From: Heteronotia binoei
Lineage: Eukaryota
Direction: 5' to 3'
Length of the DNA: 64,000 nt
Assembly (NCBI RefSeq): GCF_032191835.1
Contig: NC_083224.1
Location: forward strand, 66,092,001 to 66,156,000
Numbering within the stretch: the stretch's first letter is position 1; each line of letters starts with the position of its first letter. Positions 23,032-35,395 of this stretch are shown one piece after another. The position numbers were made by a program, and so were the translations under genes. Below the pieces are notes generated by a model, which was given only the letters and a program-made list of their open reading frames with translations, did not search any database and was not told the DNA's origin.

Positions 23032-24495
23032 CTAGCTGCTGGTTGGCAACAAGATCTCAATTTCTTTCCCATTGGCTACAACTGCATTGCTTGAACAACT
23101 GCTTGCCAAATCCACAGGTGAGCCCAATGAGGATGACTGAGAAGGAGTTTTAGTTGGTGGGGTGGGAGTGGCTGGAGAAGGAGCCAGTCCAGGTTTCTTT
23201 GGAGGTATTGGTGGAGGGTTTCCTCTTTCTGCTCTGGGAATGGTTGGTGATTTAATTCCTGGCGATAAAGGACTTAATGGGCTTGAGACCTTGCCTTGGC
23301 TTGACTCGTTCTTGGGGCTCATGGCACTGGCCAGGTTTCGGTAGTCTGTGCCAAAAGGTGAGCTGTTAGGAGAGACTGGTTTGATAGGGCCTTGCTGACT
23401 GGTGAACCTGGAGAGGACCTGAGTGACTGTATTGCGGGCAAGCTGCTTAGCGGCAGAATTATCAACAAGGGTGGGTGACAGATCCCTGGGTGGAGGGCTC
23501 TGGAGACCACTTGACTGGTGATCCTGATCCGCTTGGGACTGAAATTTGTGACGAGCAGCATGGAAGCGCTGATTGATTCCGACTTGGTAGGAAGATTGAT
23601 AGCCGGGACTGTTGGCTGAAGTGCCTATCAAACGTTTGGTCATAACTGGGGAAGAGCAAGGAGAGGAAGTCAAAGATGAAGAACCCGTGTTGCTGGGGGA
23701 TAAGGATATCCCACTGGAAGGGAGCGATGAAACACCAGAGGCAAGCGATTCTGTTCTTAGAGGGGAGCTACTGCTTTCTACAGCATTCTCTACAGCTGAT
23801 CCTGCAGGCTTTGCTCTTTGCAGGCTCTCCATGCTGATCTCAGCTGGTTCCACACTTGTCTGCATAGCATCACAATGCCCATTTATCTTGGCATAAGGGT
23901 AGGCAGCTGTGGCAGAGGGGGAAGTTAACAAGTGCACTAATTTGCCTGTACTTGCCTGGCTAGCATTCTCTGCCAATAGACTTTCTGTCTGGCAAGCTAC
24001 TGACATAACAGAAGAACATTCTGTGGCAGTTGCTACAGACACCACTGAGATATGGGATGGCATGCTCTCAGCTTGGTTGCTACTTTCTTTGTTAGTCGCC
24101 TCTAGCTGCTTCAGGGTTTTCTTCAAATTCTCTACTTCTTCCTTCAGAGCCTTGGTGCGGTTCTCTTCCCGGTTCAGCTTGGCTCTTAACTGTTCTCTTT
24201 CAATGTCAAATTCAGACAGCTGCTTCTCTACTTGTGCCTCTATTTGCAAACCCCTCTTCTTCTTAGCTGCCAGCTCCTCCTCCATTTGGCTCACTTTGCT
24301 TCTTTCTTTCTCCAGTTTCAAGTTCAGTTCCTCAACCTGCTTCCCTTCCTCTGCAGCTTTGGCTGTGGCTTTCTTGCACTCCAGCACAAGCATGGAAGAA
24401 AGCTGCTTGTGGTGTGCACGTTCCTCCTCCAGCTGACCAGACAGCTTCTTTTGCTCTCTCTCAAATTTCTTCACTTGGGACTTCTCAAATTCCAG
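23032..24495 (-). CDS. CTTNBP2NL: CTTNBP2 N-terminal-like protein, last coding exon (487 aa + TAG)
   Basis: Acceptor TCTTCTCTCCTAG|CTGGAATTT. LEFEKSQVKKFEREQKKL...INQRFHAARHKFQ...PPPIPPKKP...ILLPTSS matches vertebrate CTTNBP2NL as recalled. Confidence 0.96.
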   Translation of the reverse strand: MEFEKSQVKKFEREQKKLSGQLEEERAHHKQLSSMLVLECKKATAKAAEEGKQVEELNLKLEKERSKVSQMEEELAAKKKRGLQIEAQVEKQLSEFDIEREQLRAKLNREENRTKALKEEVENLKKTLKQLEATNKESSNQAESMPSHISVVSVATATECSSVMSVACQTESLLAENASQASTGKLVHLLTSPSATAAYPYAKINGHCDAMQTSVEPAEISMESLQRAKPAGSAVENAVESSSSPLRTESLASGVSSLPSSGISLSPSNTGSSSLTSSPCSSPVMTKRLIGTSANSPGYQSSYQVGINQRFHAARHKFQSQADQDHQSSGLQSPPPRDLSPTLVDNSAAKQLARNTVTQVLSRFTSQQGPIKPVSPNSSPFGTDYRNLASAMSPKNESSQGKVSSPLSPLSPGIKSPTIPRAERGNPPPIPPKKPGLAPSPATPTPPTKTPSQSSSLGSPVDLASSCSSNAVVANGKEIEILLPTSS

Positions 24496-25796
24496 CTAGG
24501 AGAGAAGATAAAGGCAACTGAAATAGTCAAATGGCTTCAAGCCACCTCCCCCCCCCCCAAAAAAAAAACCCCATAAAAAAACAAGCAGAACATCAACACA
24601 AAAGAAGAATGGATGTAAGAATCTGTGATAGAAATAGAGGCCTGGATCCTATAACACTGTTCCCCTTGGGTTACTCTCTGTGTGGAGGCTTTCCTTCACT
24701 GTGGCACTTGCTTCCTTTGCTACTAGCCCTTTTGTACACACAAGATCAAGGGGCTCTCATACACATGGCAGCAGCAGAGCAATTGGTTGCCGCCTTGAAA
24801 GAAAGCTTCATCAGCAGCTCAAGAGAAGTATAGATGTAACAGTGTCATGGGATCCAAACCTAAGATTATGAACAGTCTATATTCTCAGGACAATGTAAAT
24901 CCAGAAAAATGCAAAGCTATGGGCCATTTCATACTTTATAGCTAGCATTACTGTACGTAAATAACATGGGTGAATTAGTAATACCCTTCTGTTCATGACC
25001 TATGAACACCCCCTTCTTCCATTCTGAAATTAAGCCTAGATAGATGTAACAGATAAGAATGCTCTACCTCCACCTCCCTTCCCTTCTATACATTCTTTAA
25101 GGCAGATACCTTTCTTGTAAAGCACAGTGCCTACTGATGGCACTACATATATTTCCAATCATATGATGCTCACAGAGTTGCAACTGGTCTTAGCTCCTTG
25201 TAGTATGTACATATTGGAATACATGCTACCTGCCTCATCATTTCAGGATACATTACAAACCCATGCAGCATTCTCAGCAATTTCAAAAGAAGCAAGGTTT
25301 ATATTTTCCATGGCTTGGATCCTGGGCAAAATCTTTGACAGTAGCGATTTCCATCAGCTGAGTGAGACTCCCCCGCCCTTTCATTGCACCCCAAAATGCT
25401 CCCTCCAAAATGCCACTCTTAGGAGACAGATGACCACCAGGGGAAAAAATGAGATGGAAGTCAGAGATCTACCACAGGAGGAGGAATAAGTGAAAATCAG
25501 AATACTTCTGTCCATCCAAAATTTGTGACTAAATCCAATCCATTATTTTCTTCTTCTTTAATCCATTTTGGACATTACTGTGACTATTGAACTATGCTGT
25601 TTTTAACTTTTGTTGTAAACCTCTCTTGAGTGCATGGGATACAATAGGATGAGAATTAAAAAAAAGTCTAAACCAAACCTGTATTTTAATAAATCTAAAA
25701 TTCACCACTTAAAGGGAGACGGAACTCTCATGACACAGGAAGTGAAGTAATTAAACCAGTCCTCTCTGATAGCTGACCAGCTAGTCAAAGTTGTAC

Positions 25797-25904
25797 CTGC
25801 TGTGTGAGTCGCTCTCGTTCCTTTTCTAGCATGTAGGTGACATCATCTCCTTCAGCAGTGTCTTGGGCGTGCCTCTGCCTCTCTTCTTCGAGATCCAAGA
25901 TTAC
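25797..25904 (-). CDS. CTTNBP2NL: CTTNBP2NL coding exon 3 (36 aa, phase 0/0)
   Basis: VILDLEEERQRHAQDTAEGDDVTYMLEKERERLTQQ, with AG acceptor and GT donor. Confidence 0.95.
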
Positions 25905-27892
25905 CTTCCCGTCAGAAAAAACACACACCTCAATCACTTATGTATAGTGATAATTACAAGTGTATCCAGATGGGCAGGCCAAGTCAGGCCAGGCCCTTTT
26001 ATGCTCAAAGCGCTTTTAAGCAGTGTACGCTCTAAATCATTTGAAGATTCTGTTGCTGACTAAAAAGTAGTTCATTCTCCCACACCCCATTGTAGCCACT
26101 CTCTGTAATATTCTGCCTTGTGAAGGAAAGAATAAAAACAGAGATTAAGAAGAGGAAAAAATGCGCAGGGCACTGTGTTTACATAGCTTGTTGTACAACT
26201 CTGAAACTGTTTTCTGCTCACATGATGCTTCCACAAACTTTTCAGGATAAACTATCAGCAATTCTTCAAGTCTGTCTCACAAATGAAATGTGCAAAAACA
26301 CTGAATTTACCTTCATAGGCATTGCTGTTAATGTGCAGAAGCAGACATATTTTGTAGCATCCAACTGAAGTATGTAAATTTCTGCATACAAACTGATGTA
26401 CGATTTATTCACTAGGTGACAAATCTCACTAAGATCTACCCCGGGGGGATGTGAAGGTTGCAGGAGAAGGGGGGAAAAATTGCCTAAAAGTTAAAATTAA
26501 TTTCACAGAAATCCCAGAGAGCAAGTACATGGGAGCAGACTCCACTGAAGTCAAAAGGACTTTTTTTTATAAGCTAGCATACTTAGGTACTGATACAAAA
26601 GATATTATACAAAGGCCTGTGTAACATTGTAGAATATATAAGAGAAGACAATTCACTCCCAATTGTGTGAGGTACAAGTAATACAAAACTAATGCCCTCA
26701 TTATTGACTTCAAAAAAAGTCTACTTCAGGTCATTTGAGCAAGAACAGAGGTAGAATAAGGCCAAAATTTGTCACCCCTTAAAAAATATGAGTGCAAAAT
26801 AATATATTTGAATACTCTTTACTATAGTGTTTCTGTACTCACTACTTAGTTCCAAAAGTCTTCTGTCCCATTTTTTTCAGCAGAACAGATACTGTCAAGG
26901 CATATTAAAAAAAGACAACCCCAAAAAACTTCCAGTAAATTCTATCTTGGATTTCTAGAAATTATGCCCACAATAATTAGATATTCACTATGTCTTGCAT
27001 GATTGTTTTGAGCATACAACATGGCTTAAAGTAAAATTAAACTGTACAGACTTTATTATGGAATTGCTTCAAATGTTAACATACCCAAAGGATTTACTAG
27101 CTTGCAACTCTTGAGATTATTTACAGAAGAAGGAAAAACAAAAGGGTAGTCAGTCTCTATTGAAATGATGCATTCAAGGGAAATTACTGAAGTGAAAAAC
27201 AACTAAAGTAGACAGCAGAGATTCCAGAGTGAAGGCCAAAAGGAAGCAAGTGTTTCCTCTGCTGTTCTACTTTTAACGTAACACTGGGAATACTAAAAAC
27301 ACACACACACACACACACAAAAATCTCCTCTGTGCAGAGGCAACAAAAGTCTCCTGTGCCAAGATGGCAGCCAGAGTTCAAAGATGTGCATGTTATGAGT
27401 GGAAATAATGGGAGCTTTAGCAAAAGTACATGTATTCTTCATGCCTGTCACTCTGTACAAAGTACAGTTTCATTTATACCTAATCATTAAAGCTTTCCCC
27501 CCATAGACTCACACACATGACCAGAGCTCTCTGTATATCTAGTCAAGAAGGCTGATGCCACCATGATTCCGTGAAGCTTCTAAAGTAACAGGAAATCAGG
27601 TGCTAGATAGATTTTTGATCAGAATTGGCATCTCCTACTTCTCAACAGCTGCATCAGTTAATTAAATAAATGCTTTTGTGTTTTACTAAGAGAAATGAAT
27701 TTATTAGAAGCACTGAGTTAGCAACTGAACATCACAATACTGCATTTGTATAACCATGAATTTAAAATGCTGACAGTTGTCAGCTTGCTGGCAAAAAGAT
27801 CCAAGAAGGTAATGTGAATCTGCCCTGCCATAGAAATGGTAAACAGAAGCAATTATTGTTTCTGATCAAAGTGCAGAAAGCATGAGACCTAC

Positions 27893-28123
27893 CTTTCTGT
27901 GCCTGCTTTCTGCCGCAGCTAATTGGGACAACATTTTCTCTTGCATGTTCTTGCAATGTTTCATCACTACCTTTAGGACAGACAAAGGATTGGCACAAAC
28001 AGGTTGCTTATCACCATGATTCTCCTCTTTCATTGCCTCAAAATCCCTTTGAAGTGCCATCAGTGGGTCACTTATATTGTATTTTCCATAACGCTCTTCA
28101 ATGAAAGCATCTCTGTGCTGGGC
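27893..28123 (-). CDS. CTTNBP2NL: CTTNBP2NL coding exon 2 (77 aa, phase 0/0)
   Basis: AQHRDAFIEERYGKYNISDPLMALQRD...LAAAESRHRK. Splice sites TTTCAG| and |GTAGGT. Confidence 0.95.
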
Positions 28124-29696
28124 CTGAAACATATGATCAAATATTGCAAATTATTAACCATTAAGTACCAAAGAGAAGAGAAAAACCAAATGCAGGATAA
28201 AATTCAATCACAAGATAAATTCAATCACAGGATAAAATTCAGCCACAATCACAAGAGTGGACAGATGAAAACCCCCAACATAACTACTAAGGCTCACAGC
28301 TATGACTGTGGAGGATGGTTTTGCCAAAACGCCAGCCAAACAAAAATGAAGTCAATTTAGTACATAAAACCCACCCATAATTAAGCCATTTCATTCAACA
28401 TCTATTGAGTTGGACGGAAAGACAAGAAGTGGAAGACAATGAAAGGAAGAAGCAGAACATCTAGAAAAGAAATATGAAGGAAGCAGGGGTATGAGAAGAA
28501 GTGGCTAGTACAAATGAGAAAAGAAGCAGCATTGGTTAGAGCAAGGGGATGTAAAGTGATCTAGGGACAGGGAGAAAAGCATAAACTAGAATTAGCCTTC
28601 ATATTCAATTTGGGCAACTAGCCTTTCTTCTATGGATTCCGCTAACTGCAAATGTGAAGACATAACTGCAATTATATACTTGTGTCTTCACATTTCCCTA
28701 ACAGGAAACACTTTTCAGGAAAGGGAAATTCAGCTTCAAAAAGCAGGTCTGTAGCATTTTAATTACAGCCAAAAGTAACCATAATACAAAAAGAAGCCTT
28801 TCATCTAAAGCATACACTGTGTTTACTTATGATCAGTGATAAATATCTCAAGATCAAACAGTTGCTGTTACAGAATTATTCCCTTTTCCAATTTAATATT
28901 TTATTGAAATTTTCAGGTATATAAGTTTAAAAAGAACTCAGAAAAAGACAAACCCACCACCACCACCATCAAAAAATAGAAAAAAAAGGAATATATGGAG
29001 AAACATATCTCTACAGTTTAACCAAATCCAAGAAATATCTTGGCTGCAGAGCAAAATACATAGTCCAACTTATTCCTGCTTGGCCCCACAGCCCTGCAGA
29101 GCTCAGGTAATTTCTGTGTGAATTACAAAAATGTCTACGTTCTATCAAGTCCACTCGCTCAGATCCTTGTCACATGTGGTCATCCTCCACACATTAAATA
29201 CAGTCAGGGTGTCCTGATACTTAAGCATTATTACTGGAAAGACAGTGAATGAGTTTGCAAACACATGCTCTTCTTCAGAAAAGAGTACAACTATAGACAT
29301 TTTAATTGTTTTAATGATGTAGATTGAGGGGAATTATTGTTATGGTTTTATAATTAATTTTATCATGTAGAGATGTAACTCTAACAGAATTTTATTTCTT
29401 TTAAAAGTTGGAGTGCAACATTGTCTCACTCATATTGTTACTACTAGATAATACAATTATAAAAACAGAGAAGGCTGTTATGGCTACAATGGTATCTTTG
29501 TACAATCTGTACATTATGAAATCCATGTGGTGCCCACATGGACTGAACAGATCTGTGCCAAGAGTCCTACCCCGGGAGTTGGGGCCTGATTTGGATTGGG
29601 ACCAAAAAGGAAAACAGGCTTAAGCATCCCACTACACTTTCCTAACCTAAAATGGCCCCATGAGTTGCTATTTTCTTCTTCTTTTTTTTTTTTTTT

Positions 29697-29849
29697 CAAA
29701 GGAAATGTATTTTATTGGTCTGAATTCAAAGCATGTGACAGCTTTCAAACATTGCAGGGTTCTTGTTTTCAGACAGAATTGGATGCTTTCAGATGCAGCC
29801 TGATCCTATGAATTGAAAGCTCTATGAGCCCCAAATCACCAGGATTTGC
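29697..29849 (-). other. 153-bp putative 3'-transduced sequence between two poly(A) tracts
   Basis: A15 at 29850-29864 (AATAAA 29884-29889) and A15 at 29682-29696 (AATAAA 29711-29716), both inside the TSD. Confidence 0.8.
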
Positions 29850-30086
29850 TTTTTTTTTTTTTTTGAACTTTATATATTCATCATTTATTGAAATTAGTAT
29901 ATGTAACAGATCCATAGTAATAATAAATATTTAACAATTAAACAAACAAAAAATTACGTAGTTCACAATTATCCACTCATCCAGCACCCTGTGACCCGTC
30001 ACCCTTGTTGCCCATACTTATCTATCTCTGCCTATTGTATGCCTAGTACTTGATATAGCTCTCTGGACCACCTTGGCCCCCACAGC

Positions 30087-33000
30087 CTAGAGGGAACTAT
30101 GTTCAAATTCACATCCCGGACCCTGTAAATTATTGACAGCCGCCAAAAACGGTGCCCAAATGTCCTCGAATTGTTGTTGTTGCATCATTCGTCGGTAGAC
30201 CAGCCTTTCATCCACCGCCAATCGCAGCATGTCCTCCAGCCATTGCGCTACGGTTCCTGAAAATTCCGTTCTCCACATCTGCATGATTATCCTCTTTGCC
30301 GTCATCAGTGCCCGAAATCCCCAATATCGCTGTGGGCGAGACAACACCCATGCTGACGGGAAGTGGTTTAAAAGAACTTGCATGGCTGTGAATCTGTGCT
30401 GACTTCCCAATACGCGGTTTATCCACCTGAGTATATCGCCCCAGAAATCAAGCAGCACCGGGCATGACCAAATCATGTGGCTTAGCCCCGCTTCACCTCC
30501 CTGGCATCGCCAACATGCCGGTGAAGTCAAGAGGTTAAATTTGTGTAGTCGAACAGGTGTCCAGTAAATACGGAAATGAATTTTTTGCTGAATTAATATC
30601 AAGCGTTGATCTTTAGAAACTTTTCGGATCGCCCTGTTGATTGTGAACCATTGGAATGGTAGAATACTAAGGTTCAGTTCATCTGCCCATTTTACCCGTA
30701 ATTCTTCAATTAGCTGTTGTTGTTGCGTCCCATATCGAAAGTACGTGTACAGGGCTTGCACTGGATTATCTTGCTGCCATGTCCGCCTTAATACAGCTAA
30801 AAGGGATGGTGGATCAGGGGCAGCCAAGGCATCCGGACCCAGCAGCTGCGTCAGCGCCGTCTTTATTTGGTAATAATGTAGCCATTGGTTAGATTCAAGA
30901 TTATACTTGTCTTGAAGCTCCTTAAATGTCCAGAATTCTTCTCTATTTGGGTCTCGTAGATGATCAAGAGTTGTTATCCCTTTTTCAATCCAACCCTTCC
31001 AGACCACTTGGCACCCTCCAATCCTCAATTCTGGGTTTCCCCAAAGAGTCATTGATCCATGTAAGAAGGCGTTAAAGCCTTGCTTGGTACCTATTAGCTG
31101 CCATAATCGCCTGGTGGCCTGAATTGCTGGAAGCAATACTTCCCCTTGGTAGTGCTTCGAACCCAAAACCTCTAGCGTAGAAAGAGGGGCCACTGTTGAA
31201 GCCTCGAGAGCCACCCAGTCTGGAGATTCCTTCCCTACATCTTGCCTCCACTTACTAACACTTGCCAACATATAGGCCCTATGGTATACACTTAAGTCTG
31301 GCATACCAAAGCCACCTTGATCAATTGGGAGCTGGAGCCTAGCCAAGGACAGTCGCGGCCTTTTCCCTTCCCACAAGAAGTTTGTTATTAGAGTATTGAC
31401 TCTTTTAAACCACTTCTGCGGAATATACTGATGGAGACCTCGGAGAACATAAAAGAAGCGGGGGAATGTAACCATCTTAAGGGCATTCACTTTACCCCAC
31501 AATGACAATGGGATGGGTTTCCATCGGGTGAAGTCAGCTTGTGTTTTCTCCAGGAGCTTTCTAAAATTCATCCCCACTAAGTTTTGACTTCGATTGGGAA
31601 TTTGTATTCCTAAGTATTGAATCGAGTCCTCCTGAAGTCTAAACCGCCTTCCAACTGCCTCAGGAATCTTCTTACCGCCCACTTGGAGTACCTCAGTTTT
31701 CCCCCAATTCACTTTGTAGCCTGCAAGTTGGCCGAATTCTTCAGTAAGCTTAATAATTGCTGGAAAAGAGGACTCTGGCTCAGTCACCATCAAAAGGGCG
31801 TCGTCTGCATATAACAGAATTTTAAATTCGCTGAGACCGTGCTTCATACCATATATGTTCGTCCTTTGGCGCACCGCCTGGGCGAGAGGCTCAATGCAGA
31901 TGTTGAACAGGAGTGGGGAAAGCGGACACCCCTGTCTTGTGCCGCATGCCAGATCGACTACTCCAGACTGCTCTCCATTGACTCTAATTCTCGAGGTCGC
32001 ATTCTGATATATCAACTGGGTCCACCGAAGGAATTCTTCCGGAAAGCCCAGGTATGTCATCGTCTTCCTCAGGAACCCTCTGTCCACACGATCAAATGCC
32101 TTCTCAGCATCAATAGAGATTAGAAACGCAGATTCCGGCTTCTCATTATAAGTGGCTATTAAGTCAGTAATTAACCGAACATTATCAGCTCCCGAGCGAC
32201 CTCGGATAAAGCCTGCTTGAGCTCTGTTCACCACCGAAGCTATTACTGATTGAAGGCGTTGTGCTAATATAGCCGTCAGTATCTTGTTGTCAACATTTAA
32301 CAAGGATATTGGGCGATAGCTTGAACAGAGATATGCGGGCTTCCCCGGTTTAAGAATCAGTGTAATCCAAGCCGCATTAAATTCTTTTGAAGGCATACCT
32401 TTGTCAAAAATTGCTTGATATGTCTTCAGCAACTTAGGAGCTAAGATATCCCTGAATCGGAAATACCAGACCGGAGAGTACCCATCTGGCCCTGGGGCTG
32501 AACCATGTCGAAGTGATTCTAATGCAGCCGTTACCTCATCCAATCTTAGGGGAGCTGAGAGGATCCTTTGAGCCTCTTCCGACAGTTGTGGTAAGTCAAG
32601 TTGACGTATAAAGGCGTCCTGTTTGTCATCTACCTCTTTAACATGACCCTTGTACAGCTCTTGGTAAAAGAGGCGAAACTGGTCTGCTATTCCAGAAGGT
32701 GTAGCATGAACGCCTCCCCTGTCATCACTAATCTGAGTTACCCATCTCTCTTCCTGTTGGCCCTTTAACCTTGAGGCTAATATTTTCCCCTGCCTTTAGC
32801 CGAACTCCCAATACTGGTGTTTTATCTGGGCATATATAAGTTCAGACTTGCGCGACTTGAGCAAATTCAGTTGAAAAGTTAACTGTTGAATTTCCGTGTA
32901 GAGGGCTGGAGACAGATTCTGAAAGTGCTTTTCCCATAGGTCTTTAATTAACATCTCTAGCTCTTCCTCCCGTTGGGCTCGTTCTCGTTTCTTTGCTGTG

Positions 33001-33899
33001 GCATACGCAATTATACGACCTCTCATCACTGCTTTAAATGCTTCCCAAATGGTTAAGTAGTGGTCCACCGATCCTTCATTACTCTGGAAGAACTGTGGAA
33101 TCTCCTTTTCCATCTGCGCACAAAAAACTGGATCATTAACTAGTGAGTTATTAAAGTACCATGTAGCCTTCTTCTCAATCCGATTTCTCATATCCAGTTC
33201 CATGGTAACAGCATGGTGATCCGAGAAGGAAAATGGGCAGATTTGGGAATTTGTGACCAGGTGAAACCTTGACCTCGAAATCAGAAAGTAGTCAATCCTT
33301 GCCATACTCTGGTGGACGTGCGAGTAGTGAGTAAACCCTTTTTGGTCTTTATGCTGTTCTCTCCACACGTCTACCAAGCCTAACTCCTTCATTGCTGCTG
33401 TTAGCGCTGCCCAAGCCCTTGGGGACCTTAGATCTGACTTGGTGCTTCGATCTTTTTCATTATCTAGGACTAAGTTAAAATCTCCGCCCATAATTATCCA
33501 TTCGAAATCCACTTTCATTAGAATAGAGACCACATCCTTAATAATGGCAGGATCATCCTTATTTGATCCATAAAAATTTACCAAGGCAACCTTTTGTCCA
33601 TACATTAAGCCGCTTAGAACAATGTAGCGTCCCTGGGGATCAGAAATCTTCATTAAGTTACTCCAGCCCAAGCGTCCACGAATAATTATTGCGACACCGC
33701 GAGCATTCCTCTCATATCCTGAAGTGTAGACCTGGTCACCTTGGAATTTAGCCAGCAAGGAGCTTTCATTGTCCAAAATATGAGACTCTTGGATTAATAC
33801 TATGTCCGCATTCCAAAGGACCTGAGTCCTTAAAACCGTTGCTCTCTTCTTAGGGTCTCTGAGGCCGCGTGCATTAAGCGATGCTACTTTAACTGACAT
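30087..33899 (-). pseudogene. L1 ORF2p (APE endonuclease-RT-CCHC), 1271 codons with one in-frame TAA at 32796-32798
   Basis: ORFs 32796..33899 and 30087..32543 are in the same frame, and manual translation of 32795-32541 shows no other stop. Motifs GDFN, SDH, QGCPLSP, YADD, CWRC...H...C. Confidence 0.95.
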
Positions 33900-35395
33900 C
33901 TTAGTTCAACCTCTGGTCGTTCGGCCAGGGGCCAGAGAGCAATCCTCCTCCTCCCATACCATCTTGGCAATGCTACTACACCCCGTGTATAAGTCCCCTC
34001 CATGGCGAACCTACGCCCTGGAGGGTAACTTCCCCCACCTATTCTTCCAACTTCCATGTTAGAATCCAGAACAAAGCAAAAAAATTTAAAAAAGGCAATC
34101 GCCCCGGGCTAAAAAACCCCCATTAATCTACTCAATTCATAGAGATCAGTAGTCTCTCTTTGGTCTGTACTGTAACAAATTCTAGGGTCCCTAATAGACC
34201 TCTATGGGCCCATCTCCATCCTACTTAATCACCTAGTACACAGACAAATTGAATCTCCTCATTCCCTTCAACATCCAGCCATGCCAGTACAAAGTTTATC
34301 CTGAAATTAACATCCTGCAAATTCCCTTGTTTCACACATCTTGCCCTCAACTCCTCCTGGCTCTTGCATTAAGCTGATATAAGGTTTGTATTCCGTTTAT
34401 ATGAGCTAACCAACCCTAAATAGCCTGCTTTTCCCTTTACATTCTCTTCAAGACTTGCATAGCCTTGTCTTATCATTAATTAATTATCATTAATTAACTA
34501 GTATTTCTAGAATAACCATTGGGCATATATCATTGAAGGTCTCTTCTGCCTAGCCTCCAGCACATGGTTGACAACCAAATCTACATAAGTAATTCAAAGA
34601 AATAATTCATCTATAGCACAGACCTAATAAACAATAATCACAAACTGAATTATTTCCCACTTGCCATCCATTAATCAATCAGTGTTGGTAAGTTACTGGG
34701 TTAAAGACTTCGCATCATTAACAACCCAGCTGGAGAGTGCATTCAGGATTACCTTCAAAAGCATAATTGCAAACAATTGCCATGGTGGGATTCATGTAAA
34801 CAGATCCTCTATAAGCCTTTAAAATTACGCAGCCACCCAATTCAGAGTTGAACCCTTCTTACGTTAATCAGGACTTCATAAACGGAGGGATAATCAGGTG
34901 CCCAGGAAACTATAAATTACATTCCTTTAACCAGACCAAGCAAATAGGGTTTTAGGTCACCACGTCATTAGTTATTGTCCCCCTGATATTAATACAGATC
35001 CAACATGGAAACCCCAGGTGGAATATGTCCAGGGTCCTAGCAGGTCTTGTATATAGAAGAAGCCAGATCACCTAGTCAACTTAATGCAAAGGGGGAAAAA
35101 AAAAGAAAAACTTTATTTTAGTGTCTTCCACCTTAGCACTTAGAAAGAACTTAGAAACAGCGTGAAGGAAAACCATTATAAGGACACATGCGAGGGGGGT
35201 GAGGGGGGCTATTATCTGCATTCAGTATAGGGTATCCAACAGGAAAAAGGACACGGGGAAAGCTGAGAAAAGACCAAAGGGTTTTGAGTAGTGGGGATAG
35301 TAAGCAAGAAGGAAAGAAAGAAGGAAAAAGAAACAACCACCACCCGGCTTTAATTGCAAGAATCCAAAGACTGTCCATGCTTCACGGCGCAAGCC

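Noticed and set aside
23162-24576. Several plus-strand ORFs opposite the last CTTNBP2NL exon
   Set aside because: They are antisense shadows of a codon-biased exon, with no independent signals.
25905-25925. Possible U12-type intron end (no polypyrimidine tract next to AG)
   Set aside because: The matching donor is GTAGGT, not the U12 RTATCCTT.
35151-35378. 75-aa hydrophobic ORF just after L1 ORF1
   Set aside because: Its composition is explained by pyrimidine-rich spacer sequence and it has no recognisable motif.
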